A stretch of DNA of 64,000 nt, from the NCBI GenBank assembly GCA_965218585.1, contig CBDCLE010000017.1, positions 205,346-269,345 of the forward strand, in the 5' to 3' direction. This stretch comes from Terriglobia bacterium. GTDB taxonomy: Bacteria > Acidobacteriota > Terriglobia > 20CM-2-55-15. The notes beneath the pieces are model-generated. The model was not told the origin of the DNA. It did not search any database and was given only the letters and a program-made list of their open reading frames with translations. The translations under genes and the position numbers were made by a program. This document shows positions 32,868 to 44,632 of the stretch, one piece after another (the stretch's first letter is position 1; every line of letters begins with the position of its first letter).

Positions 32868-33620
32868 CTATTGCTGCTGCCTGATCACCGCGCGGGCAAG
32901 ACTCTGCGGATCAGGTCTGAGTTCGTCATCTCCCGTCGGCATCCCGCTGACAGAAAGGATGTATGCGACGACGTCGATGTACTCTTCGTCGGTCATGGAG
33001 CCCGGATTGTCTTGTGGCATCTTCGCCCGCGTGTATTCGAACAGTGTGGCAAGCGACCTTCCCTCCCAGCTGCGGAGGAACGGCGCCCGCGCCAGAGGGG
33101 GCGTTGACACCATGTCCGGATCGTCCGGAGCGCCATTCAGGCGGCGGCCGTGACACGAGCCACAGGCACCCGGATACACCACCTGACCCCGGTTCGCCTG
33201 TGCCTCGGTGAAGACCCCGTCCCAGACTGATGTCATCTGGTCGGTGCCCTCAAGCCCCCCCAGCACCGCGGCCACTTCTTCGGTCCCTGCGCTGCCGAAG
33301 TCGTTCTCCCATGCGTTGCGAACGTAGCTTGCCAGAGAGGAGATTTCCTCGACCCCCAGATCAGGGAATGGAGGCATCGTGCCCTGGCCCTGCTGGATAT
33401 TCCTGACGATCTCGGCAGTGTCCTCGAGCCGGTCATTGCCCCTCAAGGCTGGGAAGGTTGGCGGATCCCCTGCGCCAGAGTCGCCGTGGCAAAGCGCGCA
33501 GTTGTCCTGGTAGAGTTGCTGCCCCTGTTCGAACAAGGCCGTGTCGGCCAGCTGCCCGGCAACGGCAACCGGGGCAATCACAAACGCAAGACCCAGAACA
33601 CCCACCACAGTCTTCAGCAT
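32868..33620 (-). CDS. Periplasmic di-haem cytochrome c
   Basis: Sec signal; CALCH and CGSCH, each with a downstream MP axial-ligand motif; SD upstream of MLKT. Confidence 0.88.
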   Translation of the reverse strand: MLKTVVGVLGLAFVIAPVAVAGQLADTALFEQGQQLYQDNCALCHGDSGAGDPPTFPALRGNDRLEDTAEIVRNIQQGQGTMPPFPDLGVEEISSLASYVRNAWENDFGSAGTEEVAAVLGGLEGTDQMTSVWDGVFTEAQANRGQVVYPGACGSCHGRRLNGAPDDPDMVSTPPLARAPFLRSWEGRSLATLFEYTRAKMPQDNPGSMTDEEYIDVVAYILSVSGMPTGDDELRPDPQSLARAVIRQQQ

Positions 33621-33657
33621 CAGGCCTCCTCTCCCGATTCCGTGTCCGCTTAACGGA

Positions 33658-34602
33658 TCAGGACCAGACATCGGCATCGGAAAGCCCCGGGTCCAAGGCA
33701 AGCTCCGCCCTGATCGTCATGTCCGTCTTCATTTCGCCGTCGCTCCGAAAGGGGAAATAATTCTTTCCGGAAACAAAGAGTCTGTACTCGCCCTTCGGAA
33801 CCCTCATCTCCGCCCGCCCGCGCTCGTCTGTGAAAGCTCTGTAGGGGTGAACAACAACCTTGGCACCCTGGACCGGGGTCTGACTTTCCATGTCCACGGC
33901 TTCGATCGTCAAGACGCACTCAGGTGCCGGAACGACTCTCACACCGAAACTGGCGGCACACTCGGCGTGCGGGATTTGCTGGCCGGACGCCGACACCCTG
34001 GCTTCCCATGCATAGAGCCCTTCCGTGTCAGGGACTGTCAGGCTTACCTTCGTATAGTAAAGTGCGGCGGTGTCGGTCCAGGCATCATCGCTCAATGTGC
34101 CGCTCGCCAGCTTTTTCCCATTGTGGTCGCGAACCTCGATCACCCAACCGTCGGGCCGGCACTCGGAGGAACACTTAACCCCGAGCTTGATGTCGAACTT
34201 GCCGCGGCATTCGATGGCTGACGGCACATCCCATGCGACGACACGAGTGCTGTGCGGTTTCACCGTGAATGAAAACGCAACCGACGTTTCCTCATGCGAC
34301 ATGTCTGGATTCGCATGTGCCGGGAATACGGCCAACCAGGTATAGGCACCCGGCGCCAGCGGTGCCTTCACGACGAACTCACCGGTCTCGTTGGTCTCAC
34401 CGTCGAATTCGGTAAGCTCGATGCTCTTCGCCAGAGCGCCATCCTGGTCCCTGATCAGGAGAGTTTTTCCCCGCAGGTCTCGGGACGGGGAACATGACAC
34501 CGTGCCCTTCAGAGTGACGTCGGCACCGGCATCGACCTCACTGGCTGACACCTCGACGCTGATTTCTTCGATCGTGCGCGTCATATCGTTTTGCGTAGCC
34601 AT
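33658..34602 (-). CDS. Beta-sandwich / carboxypeptidase-regulatory-like domain protein
   Basis: Beta-rich; C-terminal TPVQGAKVVVHPYRAFTDERGRAEMRVPKGEY; several Cys; no signal peptide. Confidence 0.6.
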   Translation of the reverse strand: MATQNDMTRTIEEISVEVSASEVDAGADVTLKGTVSCSPSRDLRGKTLLIRDQDGALAKSIELTEFDGETNETGEFVVKAPLAPGAYTWLAVFPAHANPDMSHEETSVAFSFTVKPHSTRVVAWDVPSAIECRGKFDIKLGVKCSSECRPDGWVIEVRDHNGKKLASGTLSDDAWTDTAALYYTKVSLTVPDTEGLYAWEARVSASGQQIPHAECAASFGVRVVPAPECVLTIEAVDMESQTPVQGAKVVVHPYRAFTDERGRAEMRVPKGEYRLFVSGKNYFPFRSDGEMKTDMTIRAELALDPGLSDADVWS

Positions 34603-34632
34603 GGACGATGACGTGTTCCGAACCCCACGTCA

Positions 34633-36714
34633 CTACTCGCCGGACGATTCTTTGGCGACATTCGTGCCGGCGATATAGCCATGGACGTGCCCCTTGCCCA
34701 GGCCATGCTTGTTGAAACCACCCACGGCCTCGCCTCCGGCGTAGAGACCAGCAATGACCTGGCCCTGCATGTCCACCACCTGCTGCCGGCCGTTGACCCG
34801 CAGGCCTCCATAGGAATCGTGCCAGATCACCATGATCGAGAGCGCATAGAAGGGCGGAGTGGCAATGCGGTTCATTGGTGCATCCTCCTCGCGCCCGAAT
34901 TCGGGATCCACGCCGGCATCCACATAGTTGTTCCAGGTGGCCACTGTCTCGGCCAGGTGGCTAAGCGGCATCCGCTGGAACTCATGGCCCGCAGCAATCT
35001 TTTCGGCCAGATCCTCGATGGTATCGGCCTGGAAGAAGTAGCCGTTGTCGGCCACATAGGGGTATCGAAGTTCCCACCCCGTACGCTCGACCGACTCCTG
35101 GTCGAAGATCGCCCAAAGCGGACCCGAGTAGTAGTCGGGAGGTTCGGACCCCTCATTCATTGCCAGGGCGGCATCGAGGCCGTGGTCATAGTTGTACATC
35201 TCCCTGATCCACTCCTTGCTGCAGTTGCGCCAGTCGAGCGGTGTGTGATCGAGTCCCTCGCCTGGAGCGCCGCCGTCGCCGGGGTACCGGTTCAAACCAG
35301 GCCTGGTGGGAAGACGGACCTCACTGAAAAAACGTTTCCCGACCTGGTTCACGGCAATGAACTCTTCGAATCCCGCGTTGCCGACGTTGATGCCGGCGGA
35401 GCCCCGGAAACCGAAGGTCGGGTGACCGGGCATCATGGTGGTATATGCATCCCGGGTGCCTAGTCGTGTGGCGATGTGGAACGTCGTGGAATAGGAGATG
35501 TTCTGTTGCATCCCGGCCATGTTGGCACCGACTCTTAATCCTGCAGTCAGCGCGCTGGCGTCCTGACCCTGGGGGCCCTGCAGGGCCACACCGCTCGTCG
35601 GGAAAGCGGGCTCCCTCAAGGCGGGATAGAACATGCTGCGGACCTGGGGATTGCCCGCGTGACCGCCGCTGGCCAGAATGACCCCCTGGCGGGCTCTGAC
35701 GTTCACCGTCTCCCGCCGCTCATCGACATTGCCGTTCTGCCAATAGCTCTGCATCAGCTCGCCAGTCTCAGGATGCTGCCGCGGCGAATAGTGGGCCCTG
35801 ATCCCGAGAATTCTGCCCGAGAATGGCTGCTCACGCACGAGCTCGTCGAAACTGCGGTGAAGCATGAACCGGACGCCCTTTTCCCGGGCCGAAAACTCCA
35901 GGGGCCGGGCCAGCGCCACACCGTTACTTACGGCGCCCGGTGCGACCGTGCGCCTCGCGTCCGACATCTGCACCGGTGCAAACGCACTTGTACGTTCAGG
36001 ATCGGCACGGCCAGCATCCTCTGCTGTGATCGTTCCCGCCTTCATGTCCGTCTTATCACCCAGCATGAGGAAGCAGGTCGCCCCCCTGGCGCGCGACAGG
36101 CCTCCGCCGCCATGGGTGCCGTTGATCCGCGCAAACCGGACGTAGTTGTCCATCAGAAACTGCCGGGTGGGGGGGCAGTTCTCGGCCCAGGCACGTACAA
36201 GTTCCCGCTCGTTGTACCTGTAAGGGCTCTGGGCTTTGCGGTCGACGATAGACCAGTCGGTGACGTCGGTGAACAGGAGTTCGACATTGTCGTCGACTTC
36301 CTCCGGTTCCTCGAGTGGATCGACGGAGACGAACCCCTCCTGGTCGCTCTCGCCCTTCATGTCCCTCTGTTGGACCGGGTCTCCACCGCCGAGCGACACG
36401 AATGAACCACTGTGCAACATCCTGCCGCCAAGATCGAAATTCTGATCGATCACCAGCACACTGGCTCCGAGATCCGTAGCGCGAATGGCCGCAGTGAGGC
36501 CTGCACATCCGCCTCCCGCTATGACAACATCCACTTCATAGTCCCAGGAGATGCCTCGAGTCCCTGCGACCTGCGCCTGCGCCTCGCTTGAGGGGAACAG
36601 CGCGGCCGCTCCCAGGCCTGCCGCAGCTCCCTTCTTGACGAAATCCCGTCTGCTTAGATCATTCTTGTTCTGAAGCTTTGGATCGCTCTGCTTATCGTCA
36701 GGTTTCTTGCCCAT
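34633..36714 (-). CDS. Tat-exported FAD-dependent oxidoreductase (FAD_binding_2 / flavocytochrome c flavoprotein-like)
   Basis: SRRDFVK twin-arginine signal, VVIAGGGCAG, GVILASGG, HDSYGGLRVN, GLYAGGEAVGG. Confidence 0.88.
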   Translation of the reverse strand: MGKKPDDKQSDPKLQNKNDLSRRDFVKKGAAAGLGAAALFPSSEAQAQVAGTRGISWDYEVDVVIAGGGCAGLTAAIRATDLGASVLVIDQNFDLGGRMLHSGSFVSLGGGDPVQQRDMKGESDQEGFVSVDPLEEPEEVDDNVELLFTDVTDWSIVDRKAQSPYRYNERELVRAWAENCPPTRQFLMDNYVRFARINGTHGGGGLSRARGATCFLMLGDKTDMKAGTITAEDAGRADPERTSAFAPVQMSDARRTVAPGAVSNGVALARPLEFSAREKGVRFMLHRSFDELVREQPFSGRILGIRAHYSPRQHPETGELMQSYWQNGNVDERRETVNVRARQGVILASGGHAGNPQVRSMFYPALREPAFPTSGVALQGPQGQDASALTAGLRVGANMAGMQQNISYSTTFHIATRLGTRDAYTTMMPGHPTFGFRGSAGINVGNAGFEEFIAVNQVGKRFFSEVRLPTRPGLNRYPGDGGAPGEGLDHTPLDWRNCSKEWIREMYNYDHGLDAALAMNEGSEPPDYYSGPLWAIFDQESVERTGWELRYPYVADNGYFFQADTIEDLAEKIAAGHEFQRMPLSHLAETVATWNNYVDAGVDPEFGREEDAPMNRIATPPFYALSIMVIWHDSYGGLRVNGRQQVVDMQGQVIAGLYAGGEAVGGFNKHGLGKGHVHGYIAGTNVAKESSGE

Positions 36715-37026
36715 GTCTAGTCCTCCCCGGTGGCCGCTCGCGGTCAGTGACCAAGAACCACCACTCGAATGACTTTCGAACCAATTCTTCCCATTCAAGA
36801 AGGCTCCAAAAGCCGTGGCGCTTGGCCAGGGACTGGCTCATTTCTCAAAAACTGCAGTCGCTGTTCGTATCCGCGAGGATAGTCCATAAACGAGCGGTTT
36901 GCCCAAACTAAAAAACCAGAGGAAATGTCCACTCTGGCATCTCCTATCGTCGCGGCTTCGGTGTCGGGTGAGGGACGGTTTCCACGCCATTTGCGACGAC
37001 TCGTTATTGGCGATGCTTGCAAACAG

Positions 37027-37818
37027 CTACCCAACACGAGGAAGCACACCGCCGGGACGGCCGTAGTGGGTCACGACATCGTCACCCACATCAGATGCAT
37101 CGAAATCGGCGACGAACTTCTGATGGGAGCGGGAATAGTACAGGCATCCGAGTTCGTCCGCGGGGCGCGACCGGACAAAAACGTTCGCCTCATCCAGCGC
37201 TCCGCGCCACTTCGCTTTGAGAACCAACAGGTTGACCGGCTCGCGGAGCGAAAGCCGGTCGAAGTCCTGGGGTTGGTATTTGCCCCGTCGCTGTAACAGG
37301 TCGAGCAAGGCCAGGGGAGTGAAACCGGGATCCTTGCCCGCCGCGGCCCAGCACAATGCACCGAGGGGCAGGATGTTATCGTTGGCTTCCAGCACATCCA
37401 GGAAGTCCCGGGCTTCATCCCTTCCGACCAGCGCCAGGACCTTGTTAATCGCCAAATCGACAGGGTGCAGTTTATATCCGGCAATCTCGTTCTTTACGGG
37501 CGGAAGAAATCGCCATGCCGAATCGTGCGCCCATTCCACTCTGGTTTGCTGCCGGTCTTTCTCCACGATCGCTCGAATGTAGCCAGGCTGATTCATGTGC
37601 ACCCGCAGCGTATATCCGGACGTTTCGAGCGACTCGCCGTCCTCTGCAAAGGCTGAAGCGACGCGTTCCTCAGAGTCGTGAAAATAGTCGAGATCGTTAC
37701 TGTATCGCTTCGAGTTGGGCTCCAAATGGAGGGCAGAACCGCCAGCCAGATAGCTGTCGGGCGTGCGATTGTTCGACAGCAACTGTGCAATGCCCTGCTG
37801 GTATGACGTTAGCGGCAA
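37027..37818 (-). CDS. AbiEii-like nucleotidyltransferase toxin
   Basis: YLAGGSAL...RYSNDLDYF, NKVLALVGR..ARDFLD. Confidence 0.75.
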   Translation of the reverse strand: MPLTSYQQGIAQLLSNNRTPDSYLAGGSALHLEPNSKRYSNDLDYFHDSEERVASAFAEDGESLETSGYTLRVHMNQPGYIRAIVEKDRQQTRVEWAHDSAWRFLPPVKNEIAGYKLHPVDLAINKVLALVGRDEARDFLDVLEANDNILPLGALCWAAAGKDPGFTPLALLDLLQRRGKYQPQDFDRLSLREPVNLLVLKAKWRGALDEANVFVRSRPADELGCLYYSRSHQKFVADFDASDVGDDVVTHYGRPGGVLPRVG

Positions 37819-38075
37819 AGGCGTGCTCCGATTTCCCATCCGCGCCTGCCTCCGTGACGCATGAGCTGTTCCCCAATCCATTCGACATCGTTCAGTGTAG
37901 GCTTGTAGGTGGGGTCGAACGACCAGAAGCAAGACGCATGGAACTCGCGGAAGGCGCGGCGGGCCTCGCGTACTTTTACCATATCGCGCGCCGTGCCGCT
38001 GTCGAGTCTGCGACGGCTGGTGAGACCCCCACGACGTCCAATAGCTGCCAGATATTTCTTGATACGATCCTCCAT
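37809..38075 (-). CDS. Small putative antitoxin partner of the nucleotidyltransferase
   Basis: 88-aa ORF overlapping the toxin start; YLAAIGRRGG N-terminus and CFWSFDP. Confidence 0.6.
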   Translation of the reverse strand: MEDRIKKYLAAIGRRGGLTSRRRLDSGTARDMVKVREARRAFREFHASCFWSFDPTYKPTLNDVEWIGEQLMRHGGRRGWEIGARLCR

Positions 38076-38168
38076 TTTTATAGCGTAACCTGCTTACGAT
38101 ATAAAATCAATTAATACAGTGGTATAAGTAGGATTTCTGATAATATGGTTGTGAGTCGAGAACGGCCG

Positions 38169-38759
38169 ATGCGCACCTCTCCCATCTACATCCTGGCAAT
38201 GACGATGACGCTGCTCTCCGGCTGCGCGGAACGGCCGGTTCTGGAACTCCAGCAGACGCGTGAAGCTGTTGCGGCCGCGCTGGATCAGGAAGCCGATATC
38301 TATGCGCCGACTGAGTTCGATATGGCTCAGTTCAATCTGGAGAGCGGGGAGTTTGCTGTCGCTGAGCAAGATGAGGCACCGTTCTGGGGGCGGAACTATT
38401 CGCAGTCGCTGGAATATCTCGGGCTGGCGTTTGAACAGGCCGAACAGGCTCAGCTGATAGCGGAGGCTAATAAGGCAGACGTTTTCGAGCAGGCAGCGGC
38501 TACTTTGCCTGAAGCGCGGGCTGTGTTTCAGAGCGCCTTCGAGGCGGTCGAAGCTGCGCGTACCGGTCCGGTCACATTCGGGCAGATACAATCGTTCGAC
38601 GATGAGCTGGCCGGAATCTTTGCAACGTTGAACCAAGCTGAAGAGATCTATAACGAGGGCGATTACGCGGGCGCGTTTATCTTGCTACAGGAAGTCCAGG
38701 AAAGATCGGCGGCGTTAGAGTCGAGCGCGCGACTGATCGCGGAGCTTGCAGGTCAGTAG
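38169..38759 (+). CDS. Lipoprotein, DUF4398-like helical
   Basis: Lipobox LLSGC; ADIYAPTEF motif. Confidence 0.65.
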   Translation: MRTSPIYILAMTMTLLSGCAERPVLELQQTREAVAAALDQEADIYAPTEFDMAQFNLESGEFAVAEQDEAPFWGRNYSQSLEYLGLAFEQAEQAQLIAEANKADVFEQAAATLPEARAVFQSAFEAVEAARTGPVTFGQIQSFDDELAGIFATLNQAEEIYNEGDYAGAFILLQEVQERSAALESSARLIAELAGQ

Positions 38760-39296
38760 CTACTCGAGAAACACGGCAATCGCGTCGTCCCACTTCCCCT
38801 GTGCTTTCAATATCAATTCGATCACTTCCCTCACGGCGCCGTTGCCTCCCGAAGCATCGGTGACGTAAGCTGCGCGGGCGCGGACTTCGGGAGCCGCGTT
38901 CGAGACGGCTACGGGAAAGCCCACGCGTGTCATAGCGGGCAGATCCACGACGTCGTCGCCGATGAAGCAGATCTGGGCAGCCCCAACACCACTCTTCTGA
39001 ACGATCTCGCCAAGGACCGTCTTCTTGTCACGGGCACCGAGGTGGATGAAGTCGATGGACAATTCTTCCGCCCGCTTCTGAACTCCAGCAGAACTCCTCG
39101 CCGACACGATGCCGGTCTTCAAACCCGCGCGATGAGCGAGGAAGATCCCAGAACCATCGAGAACGTGAAACGCCTTCACCTCGACCAGCTCCCCGTCGGG
39201 AACGAACCATACCTTACCGTCTGTCAGGACTCCGTCGACGTCCATCAGAAGAATCTGGATGTCCTTTATTCGCGCGCTTAGTTCTTCTTGAGACAT
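38760..39296 (-). CDS. kdsC: KDO 8-phosphate phosphatase
   Basis: MDVDGVLTDG, FIGDDVVDLP, GGNGAVRE. Confidence 0.93.
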   Translation of the reverse strand: MSQEELSARIKDIQILLMDVDGVLTDGKVWFVPDGELVEVKAFHVLDGSGIFLAHRAGLKTGIVSARSSAGVQKRAEELSIDFIHLGARDKKTVLGEIVQKSGVGAAQICFIGDDVVDLPAMTRVGFPVAVSNAAPEVRARAAYVTDASGGNGAVREVIELILKAQGKWDDAIAVFLE

Positions 39297-40098
39297 CGGC
39301 GGATTTCGATCAGTTGTTTTAGCAGGTCTTCGAGCAGGGACAAATCCAGGGCGTTGGGACCGTCCGAGAGCGCTTCGGAAGGGTTGTCGTGAATTTCCAT
39401 AAAGATTCCGTCAACACCGGCCGCCACTCCGGCCCGCGCCAGGTGGGGAATGAACTCGGGCTGCCCGCCGGAGGCGTGGCCCTGTCCGCCAGGCAGTTGA
39501 AGGCTGTGCGTAATGTCAAATACGACCGGAAAGTCAAACCGCTGCATCATTGGAAAAGACCGGAAGTCCACGACGAGGTTGTTGTAACCGAACGAACTTC
39601 CCCGTTCGGTCAGGATAACTTTTTCGTTGCCCGCTTCCCTGGCCTTGGTCACGGCGTGCTCCATGTCGAGGGGCGACACGAACTGGCCTTTCTTGATATT
39701 GACGATCTTGCCGGTGCGGGCTGCAGCCAGGATCAGGTCCGTCTGCCTGCAGAGAAATGCCGGGATCTGAAGGACGTCGATCGCTTCGCCGGCCGCTTCG
39801 GCATGAGCCGGTTCATGGACGTCGGTCAGGACAGGCACGCCGACCTCACTCCGGACTCCGGCGAGAATCTCCAGCCCCTTATCAAGCCCGGGGCCGCGAA
39901 ACGAGTGGATGGAAGTCCGGTTGGCCTTGTCGTATGACGCCTTGAATATGTAAGGAATGCCGAGGCGCTCGGTGATCTTCTGAATCTCCGATGCCATGTG
40001 GATGGCATGGTCCCCACTTTCGATAACACACGGGCCGCCGATCAGGAAGAAGTCGCTTGAAAGATCGTAGTCGAACCCCGGAACTGTCAGGCTCCGCA

Positions 40099-40099
<1 letters not shown>
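39278..40099 (-). CDS. kdsA: KDO 8-phosphate synthase
   Basis: GPCVIE, KASYDKANRTS, QIPAFLCRQTDL, KKGQF. Confidence 0.97.
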
Positions 40100-41730
<1,631 letters not shown>

Positions 41731-41736
41731 TTATTC

Positions 41737-42477
41737 TCATCTGTTTACGCTCTTCATTCTACTGCTCTCCAGAAGGGTTTGGAATGCCTCGAGATCCTCC
41801 GGCGTATCGATTCCCCAGGAATCACTCTGAACTTCCACGACACGAATCCGGTATCCGTGTTCGAGGATGCGTAACTGTTCAAGTCGCTCGGCCAGCTCGA
41901 GTACCCTCGGTTCCAGACTCGTAAAGGACCGAAGAAAGCCCGCCGTGTATGCGTAGAGGCCAAGATGCAGGAAGCACGGACCAGATGAGGGGATTACGGA
42001 CCGGGAAAAATACATCGCGAAGCCATTTTTATCTACCACGACCTTTACGTTGTTGGGATCGGCGATGGCTTTGGGGTCTCGAAGCGGCGTCATCAGGGTT
42101 ACGACGTCGGCATCACGCAAACGGGCAGCGGTCAAAGCGCTTTCGATAACCTCGGGCTCAATCAGCGGTTCGTCGCCCTGGACGTTGACGACGATCGTGT
42201 CGTCTGCCATGTCGGCGGCGGCTTCGGCCAGCCGATCCGTCCCGCTCTGATGCTCGGTCCCGGTGAGAACGGCGTCCCCACCAAAAGCCTCGACCGCAGC
42301 CTGTATACGGTCGTCATCGGTGGCCACCATGATCCGGTCCAGGCCGCGGGCGAGCTCGACACGTCGATACACGTGCTCGATCAGGGTCCGGCCTTCAATT
42401 TTTTTCAGGGGTTTCCCGGGGAGACGGCTCGACTGATAGCGTGCAGGTATGATCGCAACTGAGCCGTATCCGTTCAT
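41737..42477 (-). CDS. kdsB: CMP-KDO synthetase
   Basis: IPARYQSSRLPGKPL, VNVQGDEP, ERLEQLR. Confidence 0.96.
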   Translation of the reverse strand: MNGYGSVAIIPARYQSSRLPGKPLKKIEGRTLIEHVYRRVELARGLDRIMVATDDDRIQAAVEAFGGDAVLTGTEHQSGTDRLAEAAADMADDTIVVNVQGDEPLIEPEVIESALTAARLRDADVVTLMTPLRDPKAIADPNNVKVVVDKNGFAMYFSRSVIPSSGPCFLHLGLYAYTAGFLRSFTSLEPRVLELAERLEQLRILEHGYRIRVVEVQSDSWGIDTPEDLEAFQTLLESSRMKSVNR

Positions 42478-42784
42478 CCGGAGGGTGATTTGTGTCTGTT
42501 CCCTCGGTGACTATAGCACACGGACCGGATCGGCGGGTGTGCTTAAACGGTGAAAAGAACTCGCTGGCGAACGGGACCTCATCTGATCTAAGTATAATAA
42601 TATAAACAACCTGTAAGATCTCACCCGGACTGCAAGTACGCCCCATGAGAGCGTCTTGGGAAGACGTGCGCTCATAGAGTGCACCTACAGTTTGGTCCAA
42701 GATATTTCGTAGGTCCTTGGTCGCGGGTTGAAGCATAATGCGACCTGCTTCAAATACCTGCGGATTTCGACGGGAGCTTAGGAC

Positions 42785-44506
42785 ATGAGAGCGACCACGC
42801 TTGAACCGACGATCTTGTTAGCGATCCTGGCCATCTTTATTGGGCAAACAGGCCTGAGGGCCCAGTCGGAGCTGCCCGAATGGGAGCCGATTACCGAAGA
42901 ACGTCTGCTCAACCCTCGGGACGGTGACTGGCTGAGCTACCGCCGAACCTATGACGTCTTCGGTTTCAGTCCACTGGACGAGATCAACAGGGCAACTGTC
43001 GGCAATCTTCGACCCGTCTGGTCCTATTCGATGAGGGACAACAGCCGATGGGTCCCGACACCGATCGTTGCTAACGGACTCATGTACGTCTCCGAGGGCA
43101 GCGGCCGCGTGGTGGCTTTCGACGTGGTCTCGGGCGACGTTGCATGGATCCATCAACGGAGCTATCCCGACGACATCGCGATTTCCCAGGCCTTTCCGCG
43201 CCACCGTGGTGTTTCCGTCTACGAAGACAAGATTTACTGGGGTACGGCCGATTCTCACCTCGTCGCGCTGGACGCCCAGACGGGCCAGCAACTCTGGGAA
43301 GTCCGGACCGGTGACTACCAGATTGGTGAAGGCCACGCCCACCCGCCACTAATCGCCCAGGGCAAGGTGCTGCTGGGATCGCTGGGCGGTGAACGTGGCG
43401 CGCGCGGCTCGATGACTGCGTACGAGACCGAGACAGGCGACCTGTTGTGGAAGACCTACACGATCCCCGCAGCAGGCGAGCCCGGGGCTGAGAGTTGGGC
43501 CGACAGCGACATGCCACCACTCGGCGGGCTGACGTGGGGCACGATCAGCTACGATCCAGAGCTCGGATTTGTATATTTCGGAACCGGTCAGCCCACGCCA
43601 TGGGCGACGACACTTCGTGGTGCCGGCGACGCGCTGTACACGAACTCGGTCATCGCGCTCGACATCGAGCGCGGCGAGATGCAGTGGTACTTCCAGGTTG
43701 TTCCTGAAGACAACTGGGACATGGACTCTCCCTATGAGAGTACGCTGGTGGATCTCCCGATCAATGGAGAAACGCGCCAGGCGCTGATCCACACCAGCAA
43801 AGTCGGCTGGGGCGTCGTTCTGGACAGAGTCACGGGCGAGTTCCTGCACTCTTTCCGGACCGCATACGACAATATCATCACGGACTGGACGGGGGACGGC
43901 CGCCCGATCTTCAACCCGGAGGTCATCCCCGCACCCGAGGATGTCGATTCGGACAAGATCTTCGAGGTATGCCCGCACTTCCACGGGGCACGGAATCTCA
44001 ATTCACCCAGTTACAGCCCGATTACCGGCCTGTATTACCTGGCTGTGAACAACACGTGCATGGACGCTGTTTTCGTCTCTCAGGAATACGTACTCGGCCA
44101 GAGATACGGAGGAATGGAGGGCAGTCCGAAGATGGTGCCGGGTTTCGATTACGTTGGTGAGTTCGTGGCGTTCGACCCGGTCACGGGCGAACGTCGATGG
44201 GAATACCGCCGGCCCAACGGAGTCGCTATGACTGCCTCTGCTCTGTCGACGGCGGGTGGAGTCGTGTTCGGAGGAACGGCTGATCGTCAGCTTTTCGCGC
44301 TGGATACTGAAACCGGAGAAGCCTTATGGGAGATGCGTTTGAACGGCGATATATCGGGTGCCCCGATCACTTTCGAAGCTGACGGCCGGCAGTATGTCGC
44401 CGTCGGTGCGGGAGGCCGTATCGCACAGACAACTTCCTACGCCCGATTTACAGATTCGGATATCCCGCAGGGAACGGGCGTGATCTGGGTGTTTGCCCTG
44501 CCGTAG
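42785..44506 (+). CDS. Periplasmic PQQ-binding beta-propeller dehydrogenase (ADH/MDH-like)
   Basis: Signal peptide, W-motif repeats, FSPLDEIN, WDMD, GRQYVAV. Confidence 0.88.
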   Translation: MRATTLEPTILLAILAIFIGQTGLRAQSELPEWEPITEERLLNPRDGDWLSYRRTYDVFGFSPLDEINRATVGNLRPVWSYSMRDNSRWVPTPIVANGLMYVSEGSGRVVAFDVVSGDVAWIHQRSYPDDIAISQAFPRHRGVSVYEDKIYWGTADSHLVALDAQTGQQLWEVRTGDYQIGEGHAHPPLIAQGKVLLGSLGGERGARGSMTAYETETGDLLWKTYTIPAAGEPGAESWADSDMPPLGGLTWGTISYDPELGFVYFGTGQPTPWATTLRGAGDALYTNSVIALDIERGEMQWYFQVVPEDNWDMDSPYESTLVDLPINGETRQALIHTSKVGWGVVLDRVTGEFLHSFRTAYDNIITDWTGDGRPIFNPEVIPAPEDVDSDKIFEVCPHFHGARNLNSPSYSPITGLYYLAVNNTCMDAVFVSQEYVLGQRYGGMEGSPKMVPGFDYVGEFVAFDPVTGERRWEYRRPNGVAMTASALSTAGGVVFGGTADRQLFALDTETGEALWEMRLNGDISGAPITFEADGRQYVAVGAGGRIAQTTSYARFTDSDIPQGTGVIWVFALP

Positions 44507-44526
44507 ATCAGGGAGTGTTTTCTCTT

Positions 44527-44599
44527 CTGTAGGTGCGGTCTATGACCGCGCAACCGAGGGAATTCTTATTTGTGTGCGGTCATAGACCGCACCTACAGG
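44527..44599. repeat. REP-like doublet (GTAG-type)
   Basis: CTGTAGGTGCGGTCTATGACCGC and its inverse, between convergent genes. Confidence 0.8.
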
Positions 44600-44632
44600 T
44601 ATTCACTCTTTAGGCGTTATTCTGTATGACCG

